This document shows, one piece after another, positions 13,621 through 27,850 of a stretch of 64,000 bases of DNA. This stretch comes from Centroscyllium fabricii (taxonomy: Eukaryota), in NCBI GenBank assembly GCA_051313645.2, contig JBNRSN020000008.1, positions 163,928,001 to 163,992,000 on the forward strand, given 5' to 3'. Within the stretch, counting starts at the first letter, position 1. Every line of letters starts with the position of its first letter. Made by a program: the position numbers and the translations under genes. Below the pieces are notes generated by a model. The model saw only the letters and a program-made list of their open reading frames with translations. It was not told the DNA's origin and ran no database searches.

Positions 13621-13798
13621 CTCCCAGCGCCTTGACAGGGGAGCTAGTGAATCTCCGTCTGCCTCCGTCTGTCGGGCTATCATTCGGCTCCAGCCTGGAC
13701 TTCTTACCGGGAGGTGGACCCTGCGCCTCGGGGCTACTGCTCTTCCTTTCTGGGCTGTCTCGGGGGTAGGGGCAGGGGCTCGCACTTTTCCTTTCCAT
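13621..13798 (-). CDS. SATB2: SATB2 first coding exon (N-terminus with NLS-like motif); whole exon incl. 59-nt 5'UTR is 13621-13857
   Basis: Translates MERKSASPCPYPRDSPERKSSSPEAQGPPPGKKSRLEPNDSP...VKALG(G), resembling the SATB2 N-terminus ([40 protein letters not shown]). Acceptor tctttctttctAG ends at 13858; donor G|GTACG at 13621/13620, phase 1. Confidence 0.92.
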
Positions 13799-14699
13799 TC
13801 TCCGCCACCAGTGTGTGAGAGCTCCCGACTGCAGATCACCGTGGAGAGTGCATAGACCTAGAAAGAAAGACAATCGGAAGAATCGAACATGTGTCAAGTC
13901 TGTGATGATCACAGTGCACGAACTCGCCCGACCTCAGGAAGCAAATATCTACCGACGACAGATCACACACGCACAGGCAGACAGACCTGATGTCCCTTGT
14001 TTAGTGTAGCTTTCAAATTAAGTCGCGTTGATTCTTACAAACAGTTGTGGTAAAGGTGGAGCCTGAATTAAAGATTCTCTCACACAGAGGCACATGCAAA
14101 CATACCAACACAAATATATATTGACTCATCCGACCCCAAAACTGTTCCTAAAAACTAACATCTTAGAAAGTCCGCAGCCAATAATTTCAGGCTGCTGTAA
14201 ATGTGACACTGAAAGTTAAGACTTTGTCAACTTAAACAAACGCTAAATCCTTTTAATGGGCTGCGGGAAACGAAAGTTATGCCATCAAAATGCATTATAT
14301 AGAAGCTTTCGCTTAATCGAACTTGTCACTTTATAACGCTTTAAACAGCTGTTTGACGTTTTTAACTCTGACAAGAGCAGTTTATTCTGCAACACTTGGG
14401 GGAATTCCGCCGTTTAAATGCATCAAAACGTAGTAATATCGCGCTCGGGAAGATTAAAGTGATTTAATATGACATCGTAACCAAATCGAGTGTTTCTGTC
14501 ACTATCTCCCTTGGTTTAAATCCAACTTTTAACAATTGCTCCTCTCTTTTTTAGGTAGCTCGTTCGCTGGAGACGAGGCCGTCTCTCCCCCCCCCCCCCC
14601 CCCCCACCTCACCCCCTGCAGTTTGAAAATAATTTATCCCACTGTGTCCCTCTGACTTACTATCTAGGATGTGCCTGTAAGCTGGATGTGCTGAAGTAT

Positions 14700-16400
14700 G
14701 ACTCTGTCCATGTGTGAGAAGCAGGGGATCCAGGTCTGGAAGTTTAGCAGGCTGGATCTTAGTCACCGACTCAGATCCTCGGTGTATCTCCCGCTGTGGT
14801 GAGGACGGCTCCTGTCCGATCTGGCAGAGAGGGGGGGTTGGATGGAGAGGGGGGTGGGCGAAAGAAAGTGGAACTCACACACACTCCACTCCAGAGGATT
14901 TCCTTCAAGCGGTCACTCCTTGTCACAAATCAATAATAGCAAAAAAAAAACTATTTTTTTTTTAAAGATTGAAAGCAATCACTTCGAAGATTCTGTATAT
15001 TAAAAAAAACTTTCAGGGAAGCTGCCGATCCAATGCAGGAGGAGGGGGAGGATAGCCCGGTGTCACTTTGATCATATCTCCACGGTGGGAACGTTGGGAC
15101 TGACAGCGACAGAATGAGAGAGAAATGATTAGTTGCATTGACTCATCAGCACTGCTCTGGGTTGTCCTCTCTCCAGATCACTGCTCGCTTCCGTTCCTGG
15201 TCCGGGAGAGACTTTTTTTTCTGCATTCAAAGCCCCCAAGGTGAAGGAGGGAGGGGAGAGAGCGAGGGAGGGGGGCAGAGTCTTGCTGCCGGTCGCTCGG
15301 ACGGCGCCGCTCAGTTTGATTGAAGAGCCAACACGGGAGAAAATCCCCCCCTCCTCCCCTCTTCCCGTCCTTGGCGCGCAAGAATTTTTAATCAGCTTGA
15401 TTACTGTAAGACGGTTCGCATTTATTACAGATAATAACACCACATGATCAGATCATTAGATGGCTGGCTGGGCCCTCTGAATAGATGCACGCAATACAGC
15501 AAACATTGCACACACACGCACAGCGACAAACACGCTCAGATACAGATCCACACAGATTGAGATACACATGTGCAGTCACAGGGATACAAATTCACACATG
15601 AAGCCACACAGACACACAGAGATGCGCGTGTGTGTATACAGACAGGAGCGCACGCTCCTTACAAAGCCCAAGGTATTAAACTCCTGTATACACACAAACA
15701 GAAGTTCCTGTAAAGGGGAGATGCGTTTATCACACACAGTTTCTCCCCCGGGCGTTAATGGACAATCAAACGCATAGTTCTGCCCCGCTTTTTATTTTTC
15801 AAAGAGGCGTTGTATAAATAAAACAAGTGCACTGTCATGTGAAATTAGTTAATAATACACTGCATTCTTGATAGACAGATGCGTTCGGCTTTTAATAATT
15901 TATGAGAGCGAACGTAAATTTGTCTAGAGCCTGTGTTGAATATTTAATAAAGTCAAGTTCCTTTTTTTTCTCTCAGCCCCTCTCTCTTTCCGTTTCGTTT
16001 GTCTGTGAAACCCGAATGCCTGGAAATGTCAAGAAGTGCTGTGTGTACTGAAGGGTTTTAGACTGGCTGAGGAGCGCCCCGCGAGTTTCTGGGCTTTGCA
16101 TCGCGTCGGAGGAGCTCCGTGTCTGGGAAAGTGGGAGTGAAAAGACTCTCAGTTCTCTTTCGCACTCGCTTTCTCGTTCTGTTCTCAAATTTGACACCAG
16201 CCAGCTAGTCCGCTGCTCTTAAACCCAATGCAGAGAGCCTCCAGGAAAAAACAATTCTTCGTCTCTTTGCTCTCCTGAACCTTTATTTGCCAGGGTCCCT
16301 GCATCACGAATTATGCAATTTGGGACTGAGCACATCGAGCGACACGACGCCAGCACACTCGCTGTGACCAAATGACAGAAACTTGCCGGCATTATTTTGT
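14700..16400 (-). promoter_or_regulatory. Putative proximal SATB2 promoter / non-coding first exon region
   Basis: CpG-rich, with purine/pyrimidine tracts, 1-2.5 kb upstream of the ATG exon, whose acceptor requires an upstream exon. Candidate donor G|GTGACT at 14767/14766. TSS not determinable from sequence. Confidence 0.5.
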
Positions 16401-19400
16401 TACTCGCTTGTGCTGGTGACTCGGTCTGTTTAAGGTGGCTCGTAACCGTATAAAACCAATTTGCTCCATTTTAGGAAGCACAGTGCACAATGAAATCGAT
16501 TAAAAGCCGAGTTAAAAAGTACATGGCTGAGATTTCTCATTTCCACCTTATTTAACTCCTTATTTGAATACTAAAAAAAAAGTGCTGGTCAGGACTTAAA
16601 GGGTTAAATGAAACACCTATCTTTAAAATTAACCCCGGGTTTTAAGTTTGATTTTAACCCCAGACTAATTACCAACATTTTAGATGCAAAAGAAAAATCA
16701 ATAGTTATTTTAACTCAGTCTCTGAACCCACAAGCCAAATGTCCTGCCTCCCTGAACAGTAAGATGCACCCAGCTACAGCGTTGGGCTTCTCAAGCATCC
16801 AGCCACATTCTTTTGTACCACCATGAGTCTGAATACGGAAAGAACCCCGACAAAATGTGTTATCTATTAACTTTGGTTGATCTCCAAACACTAATTCGAA
16901 TACTGTAGCTGCATTTCTGTAAAGATGTCTATTAAGAGATTGCAGTAGAATATTTCTTCCCCGGGAGCAAAATTAAAGATTTTTGCAAGTGATTGTTATA
17001 TTTTCTTTTTGAGACTGTCCCGTTGCATTTTTCAAACAATAAACGGTTAATGATAAGGCTTCCCCTCTCCCCAGTCCCTTCGACACAAATCCTCCTTAAA
17101 TTCAGGTGGGAGATCAGCCCGTACGGTGGCGCCACTGTGCCATACACCATCAGCAAAGCGTAACCGGATCGCACAACTCGAAATTCCTGCTTGCTCTGGC
17201 CTGCCCCGGCCACCCATTCACATGTCAATCGCCCTCATCACCTCGAAAATTAAAATAAAGTAGGGCCAATCGGGATTTGGATGGGGTGTTGTGTGTGGGG
17301 GGGTGGGGGGGAGGAATACAAAGCAGAAAGAGCAAACATTACCTTTCGGGAGCGTCGAATAGACTGGAACAATCGCAGGACGAGGAAGACAAATAAAACT
17401 TGGAAGCAACCGGGGATCTTCCGAAATAAAGGTGAAATCGTCCCGGAGAGTTGTGTGAAGTGACCCGGCCTCAGACGCCGAAGAGGCAGTGAGTAAAGCC
17501 CTCAGAAAGCACACATCAATAGCCTGATACTATCTATCGCCAGAATGATAAGCGTGTTTGCGTTCAATACGGTCTCGGTCGATATTCATTGCATTATAAT
17601 TGGTTTTATTTATAGACCCAGTTTAATGCCCATCGGATGGCATCTGCCGACACACTGGGTGGATATTGAGTAGTTTCCAATTGAAGCTCGCAGTGATTTG
17701 CATTTTCCGCCACACAATCTTTCTTTATATAAAGCGGCGGTGGAAGTCTGCGTGTTTATCTCCAGTGTGGTATCATTTATTAACTATTTGATGCATAAAA
17801 TATGACGGGCTGACTCCATGGTGCGACAATTAATTACAGAAGTTTTTTTTTAAGTGGCGGAAGTTTGACGATCCAGAAGAAAAAGTCCCTGAAATGGACA
17901 AGCCCGCAGATGTAACTGATTGTAACAGAAAGTTGGGTCATTTTTCACCCAACAACTTCCCCGCTCCCCAGCACGGCCGAGCGACTCTTCCCAGAGTTCG
18001 GCTGTGTTAAAAGTCAGATGGAGTGAACAGTTCTCTGTTTTATTTCCCACTGTCTGAAGCAAATATGCTGCAAAAACAGTAATCTGTCTGGATTGTGTTT
18101 TACTTCACCCCCCTCCCCCCAAACGATCAAGTTTTTTCAGAAATTAATCTGTTCAAACCCACGGCCAAATCGGAAGGGTCGATTGTGTAAATAAAATATA
18201 TTTATTCCACGTGTACGACTGTCAGGAACGAAGATGCAGTTCCCTGAATTAGGTGAAGACGGTTTGAGAGTCTGCGCGGATTATTCCGACATTTAACTAT
18301 CTCCCACTGGCGGTTTTCAACCCAGGCGAGTGTGCCGCTTCGGGCTGGGTTTGTTTTAGACAACATGACCGCAGCATTCTGTGACAGTCCCTGTCACACT
18401 CCAGTTTTGAAAACAGATATTTCACAGGAGAAAGACAGCGAGGAAAAATTTAAGAAAAGGATCAGAACGTCACGCCTTTTAACAGTAGGAAAAGTCGCTC
18501 GATGTGAGAGTTTGGCCACTCAGACCTTGCACAGGCCGGACTCTGTCACCGACCAAAGGACACCCGTCGTCTCGTGTTTTTTGTAAATACTCGTGATTTT
18601 TCTCTTAAAAATAAATGTTTTTTTAAAAATTGTAATCCTTCAAATTATACTTGGAATTCACGAGGCTGACTATAAAATGACATAAGCTCTATAGTTGGTT
18701 AGAAAATGCTGTAGTTTTCCATATGTGCTTAATAATTCTTAAAAGTATCGCTATAGATCTGCAAACAATTCTGTCAACAGCCAAAAACGCCAGTAAAAGG
18801 ACGCATTCCCATTTTATTGATTCTCGATGGAATAACAAATCTGCTCTGTGCACGGCTTTCCACGCTGCTGGCGGCAAGATCTCACTGAGGTTAAGTGATG
18901 TTACAGCCTTATGGGGCAGTCTACTAGAGAAAACTTTAAAAAAAGGCAATGTAGGATTATGTTCTGTAACATAACTAATGCGCAAAGAAGCAGCAATATT
19001 CTCTTCAAGGACAACTTGCCAGTTTACGGTCGATTTCATAAATTCAGAATTAAATGATGTGTCTGTGTGCCCAGGATTACTGCGGAGAGGAGATGCGGTG
19101 AACCGATTGTCACAACTAAATGTAGGATACCTTTTCCGGGGAGACGGTACATAGCAAGTGCTTCCAATTCCCAACTCATTGGAAAGTGCATTTTAGTGGA
19201 GCTGACTCTCAATAGGCCCATGAAAACGGCCTTCAGTTTTTTTTAAAGTTGTCAATATTTAGAATCTCCTTACTGTTTCGTGTCATCGCACGTATGACAC
19301 AAGATGTAACTGATGTTAAATATATGTTGATATTCAGTTATTGTTGACATTTTAACAATAAAAGTTTGAAGAATTAATCTGGATGTGATTTTGTGTTTCT

Positions 19401-21196
19401 GAAGTTCAAACGTTAAGTTTCAAACTGGTAAAAGGAAAAAAAAAGCCGGGACAGCAAACAGAGATCTAGAAGACTTCTGTTGTGTTTGTTTGTGGGATAC
19501 CCCAGGAGGAAATGCGGTGCCCCAATGCAGCCATCAATGGCCACTAGAAAAAGGTTGTGCGATTTACTATAAATTCGCTCTCACCTAATGGGTTTCTGTT
19601 CTCAATGTTTTCCCACAAGGAAGGTCCGAAACACAGAACGAGGTCCTGTTCTTTTACTTGTTAAGTGTACGACTGTCTGGAATGGTGTCCACACAGTCAT
19701 ATATAAGGGAGCGAAGTTGAAGCGCTTTGCTTCTAATGAAAAGGAAACGGGCGGACAGACCGTTCTGAATATATTTGCTTTGTTTGGAGGTCTAAGGTAT
19801 TAGACGCGCATGGCATACAGTATATATATGTATCTGTGTATATGCCTGCTTAAATACATGTAAGTATGCCTGCATATATATCACGATGTGCACCGATCTG
19901 TGGATGCATGTGGTATGCATACATTTACCTGTGTGTGCATTCATATGTGTAGAATAAGACTCTAAAAATATTATCCCCTGCTTTATAGCAGAAGTCTACA
20001 TACACTCCGACATTAATTTTGAAATTGAAGGTCGCTTCTGCAACGTCTGATTTCAGTTGCTAACACCCGGGGTTTAGTTGGGTTATTTGATCAAGTTTTT
20101 TTTTAAAAGCAAGGAAAAGGAATTACATTTTTCACCAACCACAATATTTTGGGATCCATTAAAATAAGATACCTTAAAGAACTTCTAGGCTTTGCATTGA
20201 AAGTCACACCGACGATCTATTAATCCACCTTGAAAGCTCTCGGCTCAACAGGTTCCGTTGAATTTTGTTAATACTGTATCGAATAATACGCTTAATTAAA
20301 TAGGCGGTCATGCACAGAACTTAACACTCCAGAAATGGCCTATAAAGATTATTTATTAACTTTTGCATTAAAATGTGCTAAGCTCACAACTGCAGCCAGT
20401 TTATTTAATATCTATTTCAGATTGGATGAGGGCACACTCTGCCGAGAACCGTACCTCGCTTCTCGGCCACGAAGCTAATAAATCGGGGCTTTTTTTTGAG
20501 TAAATGGCTCCAGAAATAAGTTTTCACTTTTTTTCCGAGGGCTGAAAAATTTGCCTCCAACGCCCTTCGGTGAGACGACATTAAGTACACGGTGATTGAA
20601 CCCAATTCATAGCAACTTGGCAACACGCCACTAAGTTTAATTTGAAGAATTGTGTGACACGGTTCACTCCTGTCCATGCAAAAAGTTAACTTTTTCTCAT
20701 CTCAGTCGGTGGCCTTGGTTGTGCCTGCTGGACCTGTCATAACAAACTCCGACACAAGCCACAAAACATGAGACGCGGTCAAACTATCTGGGCGACCGGG
20801 ACGCCGCACCCTCCAACTCTCAATATATCTTGGTTTGCCCTCACTTTTGCACATTTTTTAGTACAATGCGAATCATCATTAAGAACTTCTTCCTCATACA
20901 TTTACACTTTAATTCGGCTGCTTCCGAACATATTAAAGAACTGCTAATTTATTTTAACGCAGACTTGATCATGCTGTTTAGATAATGTATCAGAGGCGAA
21001 TTTACTAGCAGAACTCCGACTAGAGAACACTCACTGAAACTTAAAGATCATTTTAGTCCATGGTGTTTTGCCCAGCACACTACAATGCTGGTCTTTTAAA
21101 GCGTGTAAATGAATAACTCCGTATCCTAGGTGTTCCCTCACAGGATCTCGGTTATAATTAACGACTGTATCACTTTCAACATACACTGTAAACGTT

Positions 21197-21447
21197 TAGA
21201 AACATAGAAGATAGGAGCAGGAGTAGGCCATTCGGCCCTTCGAGCCTGCTCCGCCATTCAATGAGATCATGGCTGATCATCCAATCCCAGTAACCTGTCC
21301 CTGCCCTCTCCCCATATCCCTCGATCCCTATCGAGCCTGTACCGACACATATCCCACCCTATCCCCGTAACCCCACATATTTAATCCCCCTAACACTAAG
21401 GGTCAATTTATCATGGTCAATCAACCTAACCCGCACATCTTTGGACT
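21197..21447 (-). mobile_element. 5'-truncated V-SINE (HE1-like) with long CR1 tail
   Basis: Near-identical to the 3' halves of the copies at 42543-42967 and 56292-56691. Confidence 0.85.
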
Positions 21448-22593
21448 AGTTTGATTAAACTAGTAAATTTAGTAGAAATCTATGTATTCGGTATTTAAGT
21501 TTGTGCACTCCCCCGCCCGGTTAAATCCTATTCCTTCTGAGCAGCGCTTGAAATGGCTGGAGTAATGTCACGATTCCTCACTTCTTCCAATTCTACTGTT
21601 CAGTTTGACTTTACTGGAGAGCCGGTGCTCAGAGCACCATCCAGTGGATCATGCGGTGACTACAGCGCTTTCACAGCAATGTCAGAAACACTTTTTAAAA
21701 TAAATCACGAATCATAAAAGGGAAACAGTTGTGTTACCATCGGGAAACGTGTTATTTTAAGTCATTCAATTCAACTTAACAAATACACTTCAGTCTAAAT
21801 AGGGTTGTATAAAATATCACGCGTGGCTTTCCCAAGTTTGGGTGATCCGCCAGCCAAGCTGGCTGAGGTTGTAACACGTTGCCAATGTTTTTTTTAAGGT
21901 GTTAAGGTAGTTTGAAATCATATCTTGCGCCAAATATTACACTTTCAGGCATGTTTTATAAAAGCACGACTTAGCATTAACATGTTACATGAAGTTATGA
22001 AAAATAAATAAAAGGGAACTCGACTTACCTCCGTCAATGTTGAAACACGACCTTCGTGGACAAAACGCCTCATTCGGTGCAAAACTGTTCATTGGTCACA
22101 TAAATGGTGACAAACTTGTAGTCTATTGAAACAGTGCATTTGTATTTTACCTATAGAATAATTAGAATGCTTTGTATTAATATGCTCCTTTAAAATCAGT
22201 TCAAATTATTTTCAGACATTTTTGCAACAATTTTTTTCCGTTGTTACAATATATTATTAACAATGCGAATCTGTCCTTGTAATTTTCATTGATTAGTTTC
22301 CAAATGCGCGGTCTTAGAATATGAAATCCTGGGCGGTGGGTATTGGAGCGGGCGATAAAGGTTTCTGTGGAGTTTGGAACTTGGAGTTCTGCGGTGTGCA
22401 CAGAATTGGCACTGTCCCTGTAATCACTATCATACCGAAACAAAACCTGTCATTCTATAATTGAGTCCTAAACCCACATTCTTAGAGGAAGCAGCACATC
22501 TGTCGAATGTCAAAACAAAGCAGAAGTACTTAAACATGAATCGAAAAAGAAGCTACTCCGTGTCACCCTGCTCTCGTGTATTGACGGGCACAA

Positions 22594-22976
22594 NNNNNNN
22601 NNNNNNNNNNNNNNNNNNNNNNNNNNNNNNNNNNNNNNNNNNNNNNNNNNNNNNNNNNNNNNNNNNNNNNNNNNNNNNNNNNNNNNNNNNNNNNNNNNNN
22701 NNNNNNNNNNNNNNNNNNNNNNNNNNNNNNNNNNNNNNNNNNNNNNNNNNNNNNNNNNNNNNNNNNNNNNNNNNNNNNNNNNNNNNNNNNNNNNNNNNNN
22801 NNNNNNNNNNNNNNNNNNNNNNNNNNNNNNNNNNNNNNNNNNNNNNNNNNNNNNNNNNNNNNNNNNNNNNNNNNNNNNNNNNNNNNNNNNNNNNNNNNNN
22901 NNNNNNNNNNNNNNNNNNNNNNNNNNNNNNNNNNNNNNNNNNNNNNNNNNNNNNNNNNNNNNNNNNNNNNNNNNNN
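22594..22976. other. Assembly gap (N run), followed by CT/CA/TA microsatellite-like sequence
   Basis: Run of n. Confidence 0.99.
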
Positions 22977-25900
22977 TGTCTCTCTATCTGTCTGTCTTTC
23001 TACACAAACATATCACACACATTTATATATATACTGTATATACACACACACATAACTGCACCAAACTCAACTCAATCTCCCAGTTATCGGTGCAGTGGCG
23101 CCGCGACTCTGCGCGGTTTATCGGTGGAAGCTTTGTCATTTACTATTGCTATTAACCGAGTCTGTGCACCAAGTTTGTTTCTCCTTATTTCTGTTTGGAA
23201 GTTTGTTTCTGTTTTCCAAACCATGCGAATATCGAGGTGCCCAGGGGTTTATCCGTAGTCCAGGTATCTGTGACATGTTTGGTTCATAACCATCAGTGAG
23301 AATGGGTGTGTGACAAACAGTTCAGCCCGACGAGAAATCAATGACTGAATAAAAGACAGAGAGCGACAGTAATTCTAAAACATCCGTCTTCTAGTTATTT
23401 TCAGTACAACGTTTAGTATTTTCAGTAAAGAATTCTGGCAAACAACGCGTAAGCGAAATAGATCTTTAAAATATGAATATAATCCTGAAAACGGTGCCAC
23501 ACACAGAAATGGCAAATACGTCACTTTTACTCAACAGGGCTTGGTCAAGGAGCGATTATCTTTTTAGTAACTTTCATAAATCACACGGCTATTTAAGAAT
23601 GACTGAGGATATTTATATAAACGGCCAATTACACTGAATTTAAACTTAATTATATGCCATAAAATATTACCCGACCTGGTACTTATTTTTATAAATGCTT
23701 ACTGGAAAACTTCAATGGTCTTATTTATGACCAGAGGGGAGAATTAGTATTCAGCAATAATCGCTAACATTTCGTTCCTCCAACCTCCTTCCCCCCCCCC
23801 TCCCCCCCACCGCCACCATCCCCAGAGAGAAACAGATGTGTCGTTTAACAACATTTAGTGTATACTGAGACATGTGTGTAACGATCAATGTGAAAGCCAC
23901 ACGCTTCCAAGTCGTAGTTCTTAATTATTTGGAAACGAAAGCTTCTCTCGGGTAAAGTCTGTCAAAGACACGCAGCTCCTTCACTCGCACACCTGTAGCA
24001 CAGTGAGAAAGGGAAGTCGATGGTTCCCTGCCCGGGACTCAGTGCAAATCTCCCTTACACCACAAACAGGCATCCCCGTGAAATGTACCATCCGCCACTG
24101 TGATTTTCTTCGGCATTTTGAAATATATAAACGCTTATGGCACGTATAAAATGTTTGATTGAAGAGCAGTAAATTCGCTGGTTGTCGACCAAATAATGCA
24201 AATATAATGGCAACCTGCGCTAACTGCGCAGAATAATGGTTCATACTAAACACACAGTGCCAAACCCCCAACTGTACGAGGATCGATCCAGTGTATACTG
24301 AAAACAGCGGCTGTCTTTGAGCTGTCGCGCTGGACTGAAGTTAACAGCAGTGGTAAATGAAACAGCTTGTTATGGGAATGCAATGTAATCCACATCTACT
24401 AGTTCAAGTGCTGTACCTTCGCCTTTTCTAGTAGAATCTTTTACATGTGCAAAAACCTTTAAAATCGAAAGTGCAATCTGGTTACACTTCTGGCGGTGCC
24501 TATCTGGCACAGGGGGCTGGCAAAATCAGATCACTGAGTTCCTGGCACAATTAGAATTTTCTACCATCGGGTATAAAGTTTCATTAGAATGGTTTCATAT
24601 TTTAGTGTATTTGTTCAATAAAAGTATTTTAGACCCGTCAAGACTTCAGAACAATTCGCTCTGAAAGTGCAATCCCAATGCAAAGCGGGGGTCATCCAAC
24701 AGCCTTGACAGGAGACTCGACTGAAAAAGCGGCCTGGGCAGTTCACAAGTGTAGCCCTTTCAATCATCCAGCAATCGGATTTATACAACAGAAACGTCCC
24801 TTTTTTACTGTGATGTATGTTCCCCGTGTCCCCAAACTGCAGGAACCCGATTGCAAACGATCTGTACCGGTGGACAGGACCTTCCAGTGCTGTCACTTGA
24901 GCCGGTGGAGAGTGACCAACTCTATTATAAAACACCCACAATTACTTTTGTAGATTGATTCAAAGCACATAAACAGTAAGGGCATTGTACTTTTCAAAGC
25001 GAATTGTTATGATGTCTTAACGAGTCTAAAACACTTGTATTAAACAAATAAACACCGATCTATAGAAAGGATTAATGTTTGCTTGGAGTGTCGTTTTGAG
25101 ATTTATTTACCAAGCCTTTATTCCGTTTGCTCGCGGTTCTTTATTTTCCAGAACTCCAAGTTCTAGCTTGTTTTATTTTTACTAAAGTTCACCCCCTCCC
25201 CCCCTAACAACAGATATAATCACAATTTGAAAATGGATCTTAACAAAATTCACTAGTTAACCTATTTACAGCAAGACCAATCTGGGTTTAAAGCCGCGCT
25301 TGGGACACGTTGAGGTTTCAAGGCTTCCCCGAGCCGTCTGAAAGCAGAAGCTTTGTTTGAAATCGATATTCCGAAAGGATCAAGTCAGACAGAACATCCG
25401 CCCCAAAGCCGAAGAAATCATTACAGCTCCCGAATGCCACATGGGAACGTTTGCGGTACATTTGGTAAAGCGAAACATTTCAAACTTCTTGTCTTATCTT
25501 CGTGAACAAGTGCTGCTTGTTCTTTGCATGGTGGGTGTGTGAATACAGCGGTGCCTCAGTATATGTGCAGAATATGAAGAGGATCCCTTGTCAGGGGGTA
25601 AATGGCAAGCGCAGGGTCCCAAGCGAGTTTTACACTCTCATAGCAAATTGATCTTCGGTACTTGATTTGAAATAATGTTGTGTGGCATTAAAGTAAAGCT
25701 TGCAAAGTAAAAGAAAATCCTCAACGAATCTTTTTATTAGTAATTTTCTATAAAACGCGACATCTAATTATTCAATTGTTGGATGTGAATCGTTTATTTT
25801 TTTTAAAGTGATAAACGCTAACCGCTAACTAATTAAAGCTGTATTTTTTCCGTCTTTATGAATTGGACCGTGTTAGGTAGGGATTAAAACGCATTTTGCA

Positions 25901-27728
25901 CCTATTCGCAAACCACCTGTGGCCGGCCGGGCGCTCCTTGTCCAGGGAGGGGTTCGCTCCGCTGTGGGGTGAGATTGCGGACTGCTGTTAACTCCGGTTA
26001 AACCGCGCATTAAAAAAAAGAATCTCAACTACACTGTGAAATCTAGGCGATCATGGCCAAATAGCTGCCCCGTACCGTACATCAGAGTGCGGGCCTACCA
26101 GTAATCGGTGCTGTGCACAGCACTGAGAGGCTTCATCGGTGTGAGAATGCCCACTTAGTTAGGATTTACAGCAGACTTTACACAACATCCAAGGGGCGGG
26201 GGTGAGCGTTTAATTCCGTTCGTTCCCAATTATCGCCAGCTATTCGCCCCGTACTTGGGCGAACCCCCAGAACTGACACGGAAGCCCCGAAGTACCGCAA
26301 TGCCAACACTTGGAACCGTTTCTGTTATGGGATCGCTTCTGGCTTCAACCAAGAACTGCGGGAATTGATCCCTGTGTTTGTTTAATGGAATCAGGTACAA
26401 TGATGGGAGACATCGGAGAATGACACAGCATGGTGCCTGTGCCGGCTCTTTGAAAGAGCTATCCAATGAGTCCCAGTCCCTGCCCTTTCCCAGAGCCCCC
26501 AGTATTGAACCAATTCCATGTGGCATCTCCTTGGCCAAAGCGTAGCTCAGGTAATGGGGGTAGGGGGGGGGGGGGCTACAGGGCGCAGGACGCGAATTAC
26601 ACCAGGTTCAAAGATGGGCAGAAAGCATTTACCCATACACCTGCGGATTTTAAAGAAGTCTTCGCCTCAAGAAGTGTGACACCACCATACCCCACCCCTC
26701 AAAACCAGCCAAGTCAACTTTACCATTCTGTCCTCCGATCGAATCCCTAATACTGACGGGCCGTGTCTGCATCCTTTATTCTGATCTAAACTAGTGGTAA
26801 ACGGCACTTGCACAACTCATTCATTCCGGTTCTTGTTAATTAAGCACCAATTAAATACTATACACAACACTGAGTAAGAACGTTGTTCCGCCCAACATGA
26901 ACTGCGCGATTCTGCTTCTCTCATCGACACGTTTCTGTATCGAACACGCTTTAATAATGGATTGGCTTTAAATAATCCTTTATTTTGGTCCCGTTAAAAG
27001 CAAAACGGGGACTTTCGCTCTCTTTATTATACAATGGCACAATGAGGGAAGTGTGAGTGTTCGCCGGACTGGGGACCAGTTTCATCCTTAGCTCAGTGAC
27101 TCGGGTAATGCTTCAGTGGAACGAAATACCTTTACAGCGAGCCAGTTAGAATCCCAGGTCGCTTTTTCTTAAAAATAGAACTACACAATGTATTGGTACT
27201 TGTTAATGCGTTGTGTTTCCATCTATGGAAGAGGTTTTGGTAACGTAAATCGAGAGAACTATTTTCTCTGGGGGCGAGGCAGTAATTCAAAGACAAGACA
27301 ATTTAAGATCATTAATAAAAGAACCAAAGAGGTTCGGAGAATTGTTGCGCGGTTCACTCGGTCAGGGAGGACCCTATCCACAATAGGTTTAAAGAGAAGA
27401 GGATACATATTTGGGAAAGGAGACAGGGTCTGGGGAAATGGTCTGGGGAAAGGACTAAATGGACAACTCGTTTAGAAAATCAAACGGCCTCCTGCGGGGC
27501 TGTAAAGTCTCCAGTAAGGAAAATCCCCTTTAAAAAAAAATCATTCAGTGTGTTTTTACACAGAGACAAGACTACAACATTTGACCCTTTGCGACTGTAC
27601 CTCATTGATCTCATGATCTGATGAATATGTTAAAATCTGTTAAAACACCTTTGTCTGCTCTGTGTCTGCTGAAGTGTGATGTTGGAGAGATTAGATTGCC
27701 ATATATGCTGTTTTAAATTAACTTCTCT

Positions 27729-27850
27729 CACACCTGAGGAAGGAGCAGCGCTCCGAAAGCTTGTGATTTCAAATAAAACTGTTGGACTATAACCTGGTGT
27801 TGTGTGACTTCTTACAATTGTCCACCCCAGTCCAACACCGGCACCTCCGC
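27729..27850 (+). mobile_element. Penelope-like element 3' end (pLTR) with minimal hammerhead motif
   Basis: cacCTGAGGAaggagcagcgctccGAAAgcttgtg...aataaaactgttggactataacctggtgttgtg; four copies in the window. Confidence 0.75.

Noticed and set aside
14551-20677. Short ORFs in the promoter block as novel peptides
   Set aside because: No motifs, overlapping on both strands; expected by chance in GC-richer DNA.
22461-23258. 265-aa ORF
   Set aside because: Artefact of reading through the N gap.
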